This document shows positions 8,565 to 18,844 of a DNA stretch of 32,000 nt, one piece after another. Numbering within the stretch: position 1 is the stretch's first letter; each line of letters opens with the position of its first letter. Where the stretch lies: the NCBI RefSeq assembly GCF_000023205.1, contig NC_012803.1:210001-242000 (forward strand), written 5' to 3'. This DNA is from Micrococcus luteus NCTC 2665 (GTDB lineage Bacteria > Actinomycetota > Actinomycetes > Actinomycetales > Micrococcaceae). The notes below the pieces were generated by a model. That model had not been told where the DNA came from. It worked only from the letters and a program-made list of their open reading frames with translations, and made no database searches. The translations under genes were made by a program, and so were the position numbers.

Positions 8565-9872
8565 ATGACCACCCAGCCCCACCACTCCACTCCCGCCTCC
8601 GCCGAACAGCTCCAGCACGACTGGGACAACAACCCCCGCTGGGCCGGCGTCGAGCGCAGCTTCACCGCCGAGGACGTCGTCCGTCTCCGCGGCCGCATCC
8701 AGGAGGAGCACACGCTGGCCCGCCGCGGTGCCGAGAAGCTGTGGACCCAGCTGAAGGACGAGAACGCCCGCGGTGAGTTCACCAACGCCCTCGGCGCCCT
8801 CACCGGCAACCAGGCCGTCCAGCAGGTCAAGGCCGGGCTGCGCGCCATCTACCTCTCCGGCTGGCAGGTCGCCGCGGACGCCAACCTCTCCGGCCACACG
8901 TACCCGGACCAGTCCCTGTACCCGGCCAACTCCGTGCCGCAGGTGGTGCGCCGCATCAACAACGCCCTGCTGCGCGCGGACCAGATCGAGCACGCCGAGG
9001 GCGTCAGCAGCGTCGAGGACTGGCTCGTGCCGATCGTGGCCGACGCCGAGGCTGGCTTCGGCGGCCCGCTCAACGCCTACGAGCTCATGAAGTCGATGAT
9101 CACGGCCGGCGCCTCCGGCGTGCACTGGGAGGACCAGCTGGCCTCCGAGAAGAAGTGCGGCCACCTCGGCGGCAAGGTGCTCATCCCCACCGGCCAGCAC
9201 ATCCGCACGCTCAACGCCGCCCGCCTGGCCGCCGACGTCGCCGACGTGCCCAGCGTGATCATCGCCCGCACCGACGCCGAGGCGGCCACGCTGATCACCT
9301 CGGACGTGGACGAGCGCGACGCCGAGTTCATCACCGGTGAGCGCACCGCGGAGGGCTTCTACAAGGTCCGCAACGGCGTCGAGCCCTGCATCGCCCGCGC
9401 CAAGGCCTACGCCCCGCACGCGGACCTGATCTGGATGGAGACCGGCACGCCGGACCTCGAGCTGGCCCGGAAGTTCGCCGAGGCCGTCAAGGCCGAGTTC
9501 CCGGACCAGATGCTGGCCTACAACTGCTCGCCGTCGTTCAACTGGAAGAAGAACCTCGACGACGACACCATCGCCAAGTTCCAGCGCGAGCTGGGCGCCA
9601 TGGGCTACACCTTCCAGTTCATCACGCTGGCCGGCTTCCACGCCCTGAACCACTCGATGTTCGACCTGGCCAAGGGATACAACGAGCGCCAGATGTCCGC
9701 GTACGTCGAGCTGCAGGAGCGCGAGTTCGCCGACGAGGCCCGCGGCTACACCGCGACCAAGCACCAGCGCGAGGTCGGCACCGGCTACTTCGACGCCGTG
9801 TCCACCGCCATCAACCCGGACAGCTCCACGGTGGCCCTGGCGGGCTCCACGGAGTCCGGCCAGTTCCACTGA
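8565..9872 (+). CDS. aceA: isocitrate lyase
   Basis: Start ATG 8565 after an AGGAGGA RBS. It carries the catalytic signature KKCGHLGGK and is 435 aa. Confidence 0.95.
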   Translation: MTTQPHHSTPASAEQLQHDWDNNPRWAGVERSFTAEDVVRLRGRIQEEHTLARRGAEKLWTQLKDENARGEFTNALGALTGNQAVQQVKAGLRAIYLSGWQVAADANLSGHTYPDQSLYPANSVPQVVRRINNALLRADQIEHAEGVSSVEDWLVPIVADAEAGFGGPLNAYELMKSMITAGASGVHWEDQLASEKKCGHLGGKVLIPTGQHIRTLNAARLAADVADVPSVIIARTDAEAATLITSDVDERDAEFITGERTAEGFYKVRNGVEPCIARAKAYAPHADLIWMETGTPDLELARKFAEAVKAEFPDQMLAYNCSPSFNWKKNLDDDTIAKFQRELGAMGYTFQFITLAGFHALNHSMFDLAKGYNERQMSAYVELQEREFADEARGYTATKHQREVGTGYFDAVSTAINPDSSTVALAGSTESGQFH

Positions 9873-9905
9873 TCCGCTCAGCCGAGACCGCGAGGAGGCA
9901 GTCCC

Positions 9906-11669
<1,764 letters not shown>

Positions 11670-11681
11670 TCCGCCGGGTCC

Positions 11682-11727
11682 CACGACGACGGCCGGTCAC
11701 CTCACGAGGTGACCGGCCGTCGTCGTG
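11682..11727. terminator. bidirectional terminator hairpin, perfect 21-bp stem with 4-nt loop
   Basis: CACGACGACGGCCGGTCACCT cacg AGGTGACCGGCCGTCGTCGTG, between convergent aceB and the lipoprotein gene. Confidence 0.85.
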
Positions 11728-11735
11728 CCGGGACG

Positions 11736-12956
11736 TCAGTCCCCGGACGTGGAGGGGGACGGCGAGGCCGAGGCCGAGGCCGACTTCGTCGGTGACGGGC
11801 TGGCCGACGCCGAGGCGGACGCCTCCGCGGCCCGCTGAGACTCGGCGGCCTCCCGCGCGGCCCCCTGGAACGGCCGCGGCGGCTGGCCCGGGGCCACGGG
11901 GCCCGGGGCACCCTCGGGGCGGTCGATCGTGGACTGGTCGTTCAGCAGCTCGTCGGGCACGCGACCGGTGGGGATCTCCCGGGCCTTGGCCAGGGTCTCC
12001 TCGTCCATCTGCGCGTTCAGGAAGAACGGCGAGCTGAGCTTGATGACCTCCTGGAACTCCCCGGCGTCCTTCAGCACGGTGTCCGCGAGGTGGTCGCGGG
12101 TCTCGGTGACGAGGGTGGTGCTCTGCGCGACCGGCGAGTTCTTCACCTGGGTGAGGCCGCCGTTGGCGTCGCCGAAGCCCTCCATGGAGCCCATGGTCAC
12201 GGAGACCATCTCGCTGCCGTCCTCGGAGCAGGCCCACGCGGTGCGCTGGGGCAGCAGGGGGGCGCCGTCCTGGCCTCCGACCATGCCCGGGCGCAGCAGG
12301 GCGAGCAGCCCCTTGCCGGTCTTCGGGTCGAACGTGTACTCGTCCGCCACGGTGGCGGGCTCCTCCTGACACCACTCCAGGCGGGAGCCGTCCCGGTTGT
12401 GCTGGTAGTGGACCTGTGCCAGGGGCATGCCGGGGCTGTACTCGAAGTAGCCGTTGTAGACGCAGGTGAGGAACTCGTGGGTCTCGTCCTGCGAGGCGAA
12501 CAGCTGCACGATCTCGATGTTCGAGCTGTCCGGGATGTGCGTGGCGACGGCGTCCAGGGTGCGCTGGTCCAGGACGTCGCGCGTGCAGTCCATCACGGAG
12601 ACGGTGTCGTTGCGGACCGCGGCCGTGTTCTTCCAGGCCTCGGTGGCGGCGCCGTCCTTGATGCCCGGGCCGACGGTCTCGAACGCCTGACGCGGCTCGG
12701 CGCGCGGGGTGCCCTCGGCGGACTCCGACGCGAGGGCCTCACGGACGCGGGACGCCGCGGCGGACGCGGGGTCGGTGGGGCTCTCCGTGGCCGAGCCGGC
12801 CGCGGCCGAGGCCGCCGATCCGCTGGGTGCCGCGGCGGTCGACGAGGCGGGCTCACCGGACTGGCCGGCCGAGCCGCAGCCGGCCAGGGCGAGGGCGAGG
12901 GCGGCGACGCCGACGGCCAGCGGGGCACGGCGGCGGGCGGGCGCGGGGTGGGTCAT
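11736..12956 (-). CDS. hypothetical lipoprotein with low-complexity Ser/Ala/Pro-rich tail
   Basis: The signal peptide has a lipobox (LALALAGC) and a GGAG RBS. The mature part has four further Cys and ends in ASASASASPSPTKSASASASPSPSTSGD. No family recognised. Confidence 0.7.
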   Translation of the reverse strand: MTHPAPARRRAPLAVGVAALALALAGCGSAGQSGEPASSTAAAPSGSAASAAAGSATESPTDPASAAASRVREALASESAEGTPRAEPRQAFETVGPGIKDGAATEAWKNTAAVRNDTVSVMDCTRDVLDQRTLDAVATHIPDSSNIEIVQLFASQDETHEFLTCVYNGYFEYSPGMPLAQVHYQHNRDGSRLEWCQEEPATVADEYTFDPKTGKGLLALLRPGMVGGQDGAPLLPQRTAWACSEDGSEMVSVTMGSMEGFGDANGGLTQVKNSPVAQSTTLVTETRDHLADTVLKDAGEFQEVIKLSSPFFLNAQMDEETLAKAREIPTGRVPDELLNDQSTIDRPEGAPGPVAPGQPPRPFQGAAREAAESQRAAEASASASASPSPTKSASASASPSPSTSGD

Positions 12957-13130
12957 GGAGGCTCCTTCGACGGCATCGGCGGCCCGGCCCCGGGAGCGTG
13001 GGGCTGCGGACGGACGCTGCGCCTACGGTACCGGACCGTCCTGGACGCGGGGACGGCGATCCGTCCGGCGTCCGGCGCCGTCGATAGACTCGGCCGCGAC
13101 CGCATCGTCCGCGAGGAGAAGAGGCATCCC

Positions 13131-13574
13131 ATGTCCGAGTCCCTGATCGGCAAGAACCTGATGGAGCCGCCGGCCACGCGCCTGCCGGAGGAGCCGGAGG
13201 TGCTGGCCCGGCTCGAGGCAGGTGACCTGCCCGAGGACATCGTGCCGGTGGCGCCCGAGTCCTCCCTGGTGTGGGCGCTCATGGCGGAGGACGCGTGGGC
13301 CGAGGGCCGGACCGTGGACTCCTATGCGTACGCCCGCGTCGGCTACCACCGGGGTCTGGACGCGCTGCGCCGGGCGGGGTGGCGCGGCGCCGGCCCGGTG
13401 CCGTACGCCCACGAGCCCAACCGCGGCTTCCTGCGCGCCCTGTACGCGCTGGGCCGCGCGGCCGCCGGGATCGGGGAGTCCGAGGAGGTCGAGCGCATCC
13501 GCACCTTCCTGCGGGACTCGGACCCCACGGCCGCAGAGCAGATCGAGGCCGGCCAGGGCCGCGCCCAGGGCTGA
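13131..13574 (+). CDS. DUF3151-like conserved actinobacterial protein
   Basis: 147 aa from ATG 13131. The sequence (LPE...SLVWALMAED...YAYARVGYHRGLDALRRAGWRG.GPVP..HEPNRGFLRAL) matches my recollection of DUF3151. A possible -10 TAGACT lies at 13085-13090. Confidence 0.7.
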   Translation: MSESLIGKNLMEPPATRLPEEPEVLARLEAGDLPEDIVPVAPESSLVWALMAEDAWAEGRTVDSYAYARVGYHRGLDALRRAGWRGAGPVPYAHEPNRGFLRALYALGRAAAGIGESEEVERIRTFLRDSDPTAAEQIEAGQGRAQG

Positions 13575-13582
13575 GCGGAGCC

Positions 13583-14224
13583 GTGGCCAAGCTCTACTTC
13601 CGCTACGGGGCCATGAACTCCGGCAAGTCCACGGGCCTGCTGCAGGCCGCCTTCAACTACGAGGAGCGCGGCCAGCGGGTGCTGCTGGCCAAGCCGGAGG
13701 TGGACGTGAAGGGGGAGGGCGACGTCGTGTCCCGCCTCGGTGTGACCCGCGCCGTGGACTTCCTCGTCCCGGCGGGAGCGGACGTGCGGGAGCTGTTCCG
13801 CCGGCACGCCACCGGTGACGACCCGGACGCCCTCGTGGGGCACGTGGAGGCTCCGCCCGTGGCGTGCCTTCTCGTGGACGAGGCGCAGTTCCTCGAGCCG
13901 GCGCAGGTGGACGACCTGCTGCGCATCGCCGTGCTCGACGGCGTCCCCGTGATCGCCTACGGGCTGCGCACCGACTTCCGCACCCGCTCCTTCCCGGGCT
14001 CCGCGCGGCTGCTGGAGCTGGCGCACTCCCTCGAGGAGCTGAAGACCATCTGCCGGTGCGGCCGGAAGGCGGTGTTCAACACGCGCAAGGTCGTGGACCC
14101 GGCCACGGGCGCCGAGCACTTCGTGTTCGAGGGGGACCAGGTGGCGATCGACGGTGTCCAGGTGACCTACGAGTCCCTGTGCGGCACGTGCTACCTGGCG
14201 GAGTCCGGCGGTGCCCTGGGCTGA
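13583..14224 (+). CDS. tdk: thymidine kinase
   Basis: GTG start 8 nt after the DUF3151 stop. It has the P-loop GAMNSGKS, VDEAQF, and Zn-ribbon cysteines CRCGRKA...CGTCY. Confidence 0.9.
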   Translation: MAKLYFRYGAMNSGKSTGLLQAAFNYEERGQRVLLAKPEVDVKGEGDVVSRLGVTRAVDFLVPAGADVRELFRRHATGDDPDALVGHVEAPPVACLLVDEAQFLEPAQVDDLLRIAVLDGVPVIAYGLRTDFRTRSFPGSARLLELAHSLEELKTICRCGRKAVFNTRKVVDPATGAEHFVFEGDQVAIDGVQVTYESLCGTCYLAESGGALG

Positions 14225-14277
14225 GGCGGCCATTGCCAGGCAACTGCCAGGCTGCATGACGGCTGCGCCCATGCTCG

Positions 14278-14334
14278 GTTCGTACGGTGGAACCACTTCA
14301 TCGAGGTGCGAGTGATGAAGGTGCGAGTGATGAC
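14278..14334 (+). repeat. conserved intergenic motif, copy A, containing an exact 15-nt tandem duplication (AGGTGCGAGTGATGA x2 at 14304-14333)
   Basis: 36/42 aligned positions are identical to the reverse complement of 27427-27469. Confidence 0.8.
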
Positions 14335-14338
14335 AGAC

Positions 14339-14367
14339 GAAGGGCCCCGGTGATCCCGGGGCCCTTC
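14339..14367. terminator. hairpin GAAGGGCCCCGG tgatc CCGGGGCCCTTC (12-bp stem) between convergent tdk and atoE
   Basis: Perfect 12-bp GC-rich stem immediately after the repeated motif. Confidence 0.75.
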
Positions 14368-14397
14368 GCCTGTCCTGGCCCGCATCGGCCGGCCGGC

Positions 14398-15800
14398 TCA
14401 GAGCGAGACGAGCAGGAGCGTGCCGCCGAAGACGAGCCCCGACGCGAGCAGCACGACCGTGGTGTACCCCAGGATGTCGCGCATCTTCAGGCCGGCGATC
14501 GCCAGAAGGGGGATCGCCCAGAACGGCTGGATCATGTTGGTCCACTGGTCGCCGTAGGAGACGGCCATGATGGTGATGGCCGGGTCCACGCCGAGCGCGT
14601 CGCCGGCCTGGAGCATGATCGGGCCCTGCACGGCGAACTGTCCGCCGCCGGAGGGGACGAAGAAGTTCACGAGACCCGCGGCCAGGAACGCCAGCAGGCC
14701 GAATGTCACCGGGTTCGAGATCGCCACGAAGGCGTCCGAGAGCACCGCCACCAGGCCGGTGGTCGTCATCATGCCGAGGATGCCCGCGTAGAGGGGAACT
14801 GCAGCAGGATCTCGCCCACGTTGGACGCGGCCGACTGGGTGAGGCCGATCAGCTCGTGCGGGCTGCGCACCAGCAGCAGGATCAGCGCGAGGAAGGACCA
14901 GTTGACGATGTCCAGGGTGAGGGTGCCGCCGCCGACGAAGTGCATCACCAGATAGGCCACGAGCATGGCGCCGACGAGGAGTGTGGGGACACGGGAGGCG
15001 TCGAGGCGGTCCGCCGGCGTCTCGATCTCCGGTGCGGACACGGTGTCCTGGTCCCGCGCGTCGATCTCCAGCTCCACGATCCGGTCCCCGGCGCGCGGGG
15101 CGACGAGGAACAGGGCCAGGGCCACGACGAGCACGGTCACCACGGCGGCGGTGATGTTCCACCAGGAGAAGGTGGTCTCCGAGACCGGGACCGTCCGGCC
15201 GCCCAGGCTCTCCGTGAGGAATGAACCGGGGGTGGCGGCCGTCAGCGGGCCGGAGCCCGAGTACCCCATGTGCCACACCACGAACCCGGAGAACCCGGCG
15301 GCCACCAGCATCGGGAAGTGCAGGGCCAGCCCGCGCTCACGGGCCTGCGCCGCGACCTCCTTGGCCAGCAGCGCACCGACCACCAGGCCCAGGCCCCACG
15401 TGATGAGGGAGGCCGCCGCCGCCACCACGAACACGAAGATGTAGGCGGCCAGGGGCGTGCGGGGAATGCTGGCGAGGCGGGCGAGCAGGCGGCGCACCGG
15501 ACCGGTGTTCGCCAGGATGTGGCCGAGCATGAGCACGAGCGCCATCTGCGTGATGAACGCCAGCAGTCCGGACAGGCCGTCACCCCAGCCCACGACGACG
15601 TCGGCCGGCCCGGCCGGAGTGAGCAGCAGGCACAGGGCTGCCACCGCGAACGTGAGCACGATGGTGAACACGAGCGAGGACGGGATGAACCGCTCCATCG
15701 TCGTGTTCAGCGGGCGCATGGCGCGGCTGAAGAACGTGCCTTCACGGACGGCGCGGCCCGAGGGCCCGGGTGTGGGCGGACGTGTGGACGTGGCGGACAT
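14398..15800 (-). pseudogene. atoE: AtoE-type short-chain fatty acid transporter, interrupted by a 1-nt frameshift
   Basis: ORF 14769-15800 is the N-terminal two thirds and the C-terminus of ORF 14398-15276 is the rest. They join as ...GEILLQFP|LYAGILGMM..., the conserved LQFPxYAG region, only if one extra C is added to the CCCC run (GGGG at 14793-14796 on the plus strand). Confidence 0.8.
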
Positions 15801-15837
15801 GAGGCTCCTGGTCAGGGGGAGAGGCCGAGGCGGGAGT

Positions 15838-15856
15838 GATGTGGATCACTCTAGGC
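15838..15856 (-). promoter_or_regulatory. putative atoE promoter (-10 TAGAGT at 15848-15853, minus strand) sharing GCCTAGAGTGA...CACATC with the lipase promoter
   Basis: It lies about 48 nt upstream of ATG 15800 and overlaps a 7-bp inverted repeat, GAGTGAT gtgg ATCACTC (15834-15851). Confidence 0.35.
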
Positions 15857-16175
15857 GCTCGGCCGTCTCGGGCAGGGCCTGGTCCACGTCCATGGCCGGG
15901 CGCTCGCTGACGAGGGCATCGGCGCGGTCGATTCCCCAGCGGTCGACGACGTCGTGGCCCGGCTCGGCCGGGTCACCCGGAATCTGTACGCGAGCGTGGA
16001 CGAGCTCACCGAGAAGGGATGCACCGTGCAGGTCTCGTCCGAGTGAGATCACGGTGCCCAGGCCCGGCACTTCCCCCGTAGCCGGACTCATGCTCGGCAT
16101 CCAGGCCGCATTCGCTGAGTTCGCGCGTCGAAGGATCAAGGAGCGCCAGGCCGAAGGGATCGCCCCAGGGCGTGT
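15857..16175 (+). pseudogene. remnant of a serine recombinase (resolvase/invertase) lacking the N-terminal catalytic region and frameshifted
   Basis: One frame reads ...VDDVVARLGRVTRNLYASVDELTEKGCTVQVSSE then stops (16044-16046). It continues in another frame as ...PVAGLMLGIQAAFAEFARRRIKERQAEGIA. These match the resolvase LDRLGRS...EL...G and AAxAEFERxxIxERxxxG blocks. Confidence 0.5.
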
Positions 16176-16339
16176 TGCCCCCTTCCAAGCGCTGCTGTCG
16201 ATGGCCCTTGCGTCTCCGCTCTGGTGGAGCACGGCTCTAGAGAGAGGGCCACGCGCTCTCGGCGCATGGCATGACAGGGTCTCAAAGCCAGGGCTCCCCG
16301 GGCATGCATGAACAGGTCCGGCTTCGGTACTCTTCTTGC

Positions 16340-17050
16340 ATGACTCTTCTGACGGTGGGGGAGGCCGCCGAGCGCCTCAAGGTCTCCGACCGCTATGTGC
16401 GGCGTCTCGTCGAGCGCGGTGATGTGCCGGCCCGCCGCCTCGGAGAATCCTGGTTCATCGATGAGCGCGCGCTGACCCGTCGTGCCCGCAGGGCGCCGGG
16501 TATCGGCCGCACTTGGGCTCCGCGGACCGCCTGGGCCGCCGTCGACCTCCTTGCCGGAGGAAACGGACGGGCCTTCCTCGACCAGCCGCGGATCTCCCGT
16601 CTGCGCTCCCGGCTGCGAACGCTCACCGCTGCCGAGATGCACCGACTGGCTGAGAACAGGGCCCGGCCCCACCGGTTCCACGCCTCGCCTCGAGCTCGAG
16701 CCAAGCTCGCCGACGCTCTCGTGCCCTCGGGGGTGTCCGCCCTGGATCAGTCGGATCTCGCCCGCCGCTTCGGGTTCGCCGCTGTCGAAGGGAGCCAGCG
16801 AGAGGAGGGCTATCTGCTCGGCGACCTGGAGGCTCTCCAGTCGCGGCTCCGCCTCGACGCCTCGGCGGCGGGGGAAGTGGTGATCCGCCACATACCTGCC
16901 CCCGTGGATCCCTCCGCCCTGCTTCGCACTGAGGCAGTCGTGGCGCTGGACCTCATGGACTCCGACGACGTCCGTGAGCGGGCCGCTGGGCGAGAGGCCC
17001 TCGATCGACTGTTGCATCGTGTCTGGGTCAAGTCCCGAGTAGTGGTGTAA
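16340..17050 (+). CDS. excisionase-type HTH protein, AbiEi-like (possible type IV antitoxin/transcriptional regulator). The last 8 codons and the stop are supplied by IS256.
   Basis: The N-terminus LLTVGEAAERLKVSDRYVRRLVERGDVPARRLGESWFI is an HTH_17/excisionase fold. The remainder (GRTWAPRTAWAAVDLLAG..., ...AVVALDLMDSDDVRERAAGREAL) resembles AbiEi_3-type antitoxins as I recall them. Removing the IS restores ...LLHRV followed by TGA. Confidence 0.6.
   Translation: MTLLTVGEAAERLKVSDRYVRRLVERGDVPARRLGESWFIDERALTRRARRAPGIGRTWAPRTAWAAVDLLAGGNGRAFLDQPRISRLRSRLRTLTAAEMHRLAENRARPHRFHASPRARAKLADALVPSGVSALDQSDLARRFGFAAVEGSQREEGYLLGDLEALQSRLRLDASAAGEVVIRHIPAPVDPSALLRTEAVVALDLMDSDDVRERAAGREALDRLLHRVWVKSRVVV
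17017..17025. repeat. left target-site duplication of IS256 (TCGTGTCTG)
   Basis: Identical 9-mer at 18450-18458, immediately outside the IS ends. Confidence 0.85.
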
Positions 17051-18449
17051 CGCTCTGATCCTCCATTGGTGCTGTTAGGCGCTGAGTTCGAGGGTGGTTT
17101 CCGGTTCGGCGTTCACCTCGTTCTCGGTGTCGTCCACGGTGGTGAGGCGGCAGCGGGCCAACACCTCGAGGCCGAGGTAGCGGCGGCCCTCGGCCCACTC
17201 ATCGGTCTGCTCAGCCAGCACCGCCCCGACCAGGCGCACGATCGCTGCCCGGTTCGGGAAGATGCCCACGGCGTCGGTGCGACGCCGGATCTCGCGGTTG
17301 AGCCGTTCGGCCGGGTTGTTCGACCAGATCTGGGTCCACACGTCCTTGGGGAACGTGGTGAACGCCAGGATGTCCGCCCGGGCACCATCGAGGTGTTCGG
17401 CCACCGCGGGCAGCTTTTCGCTGACGTAGTCCAGCAGCCGGTCGAACTGGGCGTCCACGCTGGCGGCGTCGGGCTGGTCATACACCGAGTGCAGCATGGC
17501 CTTCACGGCCGGCCACATGGACTTGGGGGTGATGCCCATCAGGTTCGCCGCGTAGTGGGTCCGGCACCGCTGCCAGGTCGCTCCGGGCAGGTTCGCGGCG
17601 ATGGCGTCCTTGAGCCCGGTGTGGGCGTCGGAAGTGACCAGGCGGACTCCGGTCAGGCCCCGGGCCACCAGGTCGGCGAAGAACTCGTTCCACGCCGACC
17701 CCGTCTCCGAGGTGGCCACCCGCAGGCCGAGGACCTCGCGGTGGCCGTCACCATTGACCCCGGTGGCCAGCAGCACCACGGCGTTGACCACCCGGCCGCC
17801 CTCGCGGACCTTCATGCTCAGCGCGTCGGCGGCCACGAACGTGAACGGCCCAGCCTCCCCGAGCGGGCGATGACGGAAGGACTCGACCTGCTCGTCCAGC
17901 TCGGTGGCCATCCGCGAGACCTGGGACTTCGACAGCGCGTTGATCCCGAGGGTCTTGACCAGTTTGTCCATCCGCCGGGTCGAGACCCCGGCCAGGTAGC
18001 AGTCGGCGACCACCGTGATCAGCGCGGATTCGGCCCTTTTGCGGCGCTCGAGCAGCCACTCCGGGAAGTACGTGCCCGACCTGAGTTTGGGGATCGCCAC
18101 GTCCAGGGTCCCGACCCGGGTGTCCAGGTCCCGGTGCCGGTACCCGTTGCGCTGGGTAGCTCGGCCCGGGGTGGGTTTACCCCATTCGGCGCCGACCACC
18201 GCGTCGGCGTCAGCGGAGAGCAGGGAGTTGATCACGGTCTGCAGCAACGAACGCATCAAATCCGGGGATGCTTCGGACAGGGCTTCGCCGAGCAGGCCGG
18301 CAGGGTCGACAATATGAGGAGCGGTCATCGTGATGACTCCATTCGAGGATTCTGTGGAAGGTTGACTCGAAGGATCACACGGTGGCCGCGTCCACGTCTG
18401 GAACGACGTGCCCGACCACCGGGCGCTACACCACTATGCGGGACTCAAC
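17026..18449 (-). mobile_element. IS256-family insertion sequence, about 1.42 kb, apparently intact
   Basis: Imperfect terminal inverted repeats: GGTCAAGTCCCGAGTAGTGGTGTAACGC at the left end versus the reverse complement of the right end, GTTGAGTCCCGCATAGTGGTGTAGCGC. They resemble the IS256 GATAAAGTCC...GTGTAA ends. The element is flanked by 9-bp direct repeats and has a single full-length transposase ORF. Confidence 0.9.
17075..18328 (-). CDS. IS256-family (Mutator-type) transposase
   Basis: 417 aa with characteristic blocks (RNGYRHRDLDTRVGTLDVAIPKLRSGTYFPEWLLERRKR, CYLAGVSTRRMDKLVKTLG, WQRCRTHYAANL). Confidence 0.95.
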   Translation of the reverse strand: MTAPHIVDPAGLLGEALSEASPDLMRSLLQTVINSLLSADADAVVGAEWGKPTPGRATQRNGYRHRDLDTRVGTLDVAIPKLRSGTYFPEWLLERRKRAESALITVVADCYLAGVSTRRMDKLVKTLGINALSKSQVSRMATELDEQVESFRHRPLGEAGPFTFVAADALSMKVREGGRVVNAVVLLATGVNGDGHREVLGLRVATSETGSAWNEFFADLVARGLTGVRLVTSDAHTGLKDAIAANLPGATWQRCRTHYAANLMGITPKSMWPAVKAMLHSVYDQPDAASVDAQFDRLLDYVSEKLPAVAEHLDGARADILAFTTFPKDVWTQIWSNNPAERLNREIRRRTDAVGIFPNRAAIVRLVGAVLAEQTDEWAEGRRYLGLEVLARCRLTTVDDTENEVNAEPETTLELSA

Positions 18450-18458
18450 TCGTGTCTG
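18450..18458. repeat. right target-site duplication of IS256 (TCGTGTCTG)
   Basis: Identical to 17017-17025. Confidence 0.85.
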
Positions 18459-18523
18459 AGCCGCGTCACCTGAGCGTGGAGGACCTCCTCGGATGTGAGG
18501 CGGGCCTCGACGCTGGAGATGGC

Positions 18524-18800
18524 CTAGGGCGTGTCTGAGAATGGATCCAGGGATCCGCTGAGATCCGGGGAGGCCATGTCCCGGTTCCAGGTCGTCTCCG
18601 ACGCCAAATCGGAGCTGATCGCCCCGCTGCTCCAGACCGCACGAGCCGGCAGGGCCGACCCTTCTCCGATGCCCGCACGATGGTCGAGGCGATCACCTGC
18701 CGGTGCAGGTGCGGGACTCCGTGGCGGGATCTGCCCGAGGTCAACGGGCCCTGAGAGGCCGCGTGGATCTGGCATCGACGCAGGGTGCGGGCGCTGGTCT
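18524..18800 (+). mobile_element. 5' stump of a second IS5-family element (terminal repeat plus a frameshifted, truncated orfA)
   Basis: It begins with CTAGGGCGTGT, the same first 11 nt as the IS at 33. ATG 18576 gives MSRFQVVSDAKSELIAPLL. After a frameshift it reads GRPFSDARTMVEAITCRCRCGTPWRDLPEVNGP, then a stop, then ..AAWIWHRRRV. Similarity is lost before the GNAT gene. Confidence 0.65.
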
Positions 18801-18844
18801 GTCCGGAGGCCGACTCGAGGACTTTTGTTCGTACCCTGTCTGTC

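Noticed and set aside
14271-14300. GGTTCGTACGG resembling a tRNA T-arm (GGTTCGA), considered as a tRNA fragment or att site.
   Set aside because: There is no acceptor stem or the rest of a cloverleaf, and the match to the T-loop consensus is imperfect.
14191-14385. 64-aa minus-strand ORF, and a 12-codon plus-strand ORF (MKVRVMTDEGPR), running through the repeated motif.
   Set aside because: Only the short stretch VITRTF is shared with the second copy. No start codon or frame is conserved between the two copies, so the conservation is at the nucleotide or structure level.
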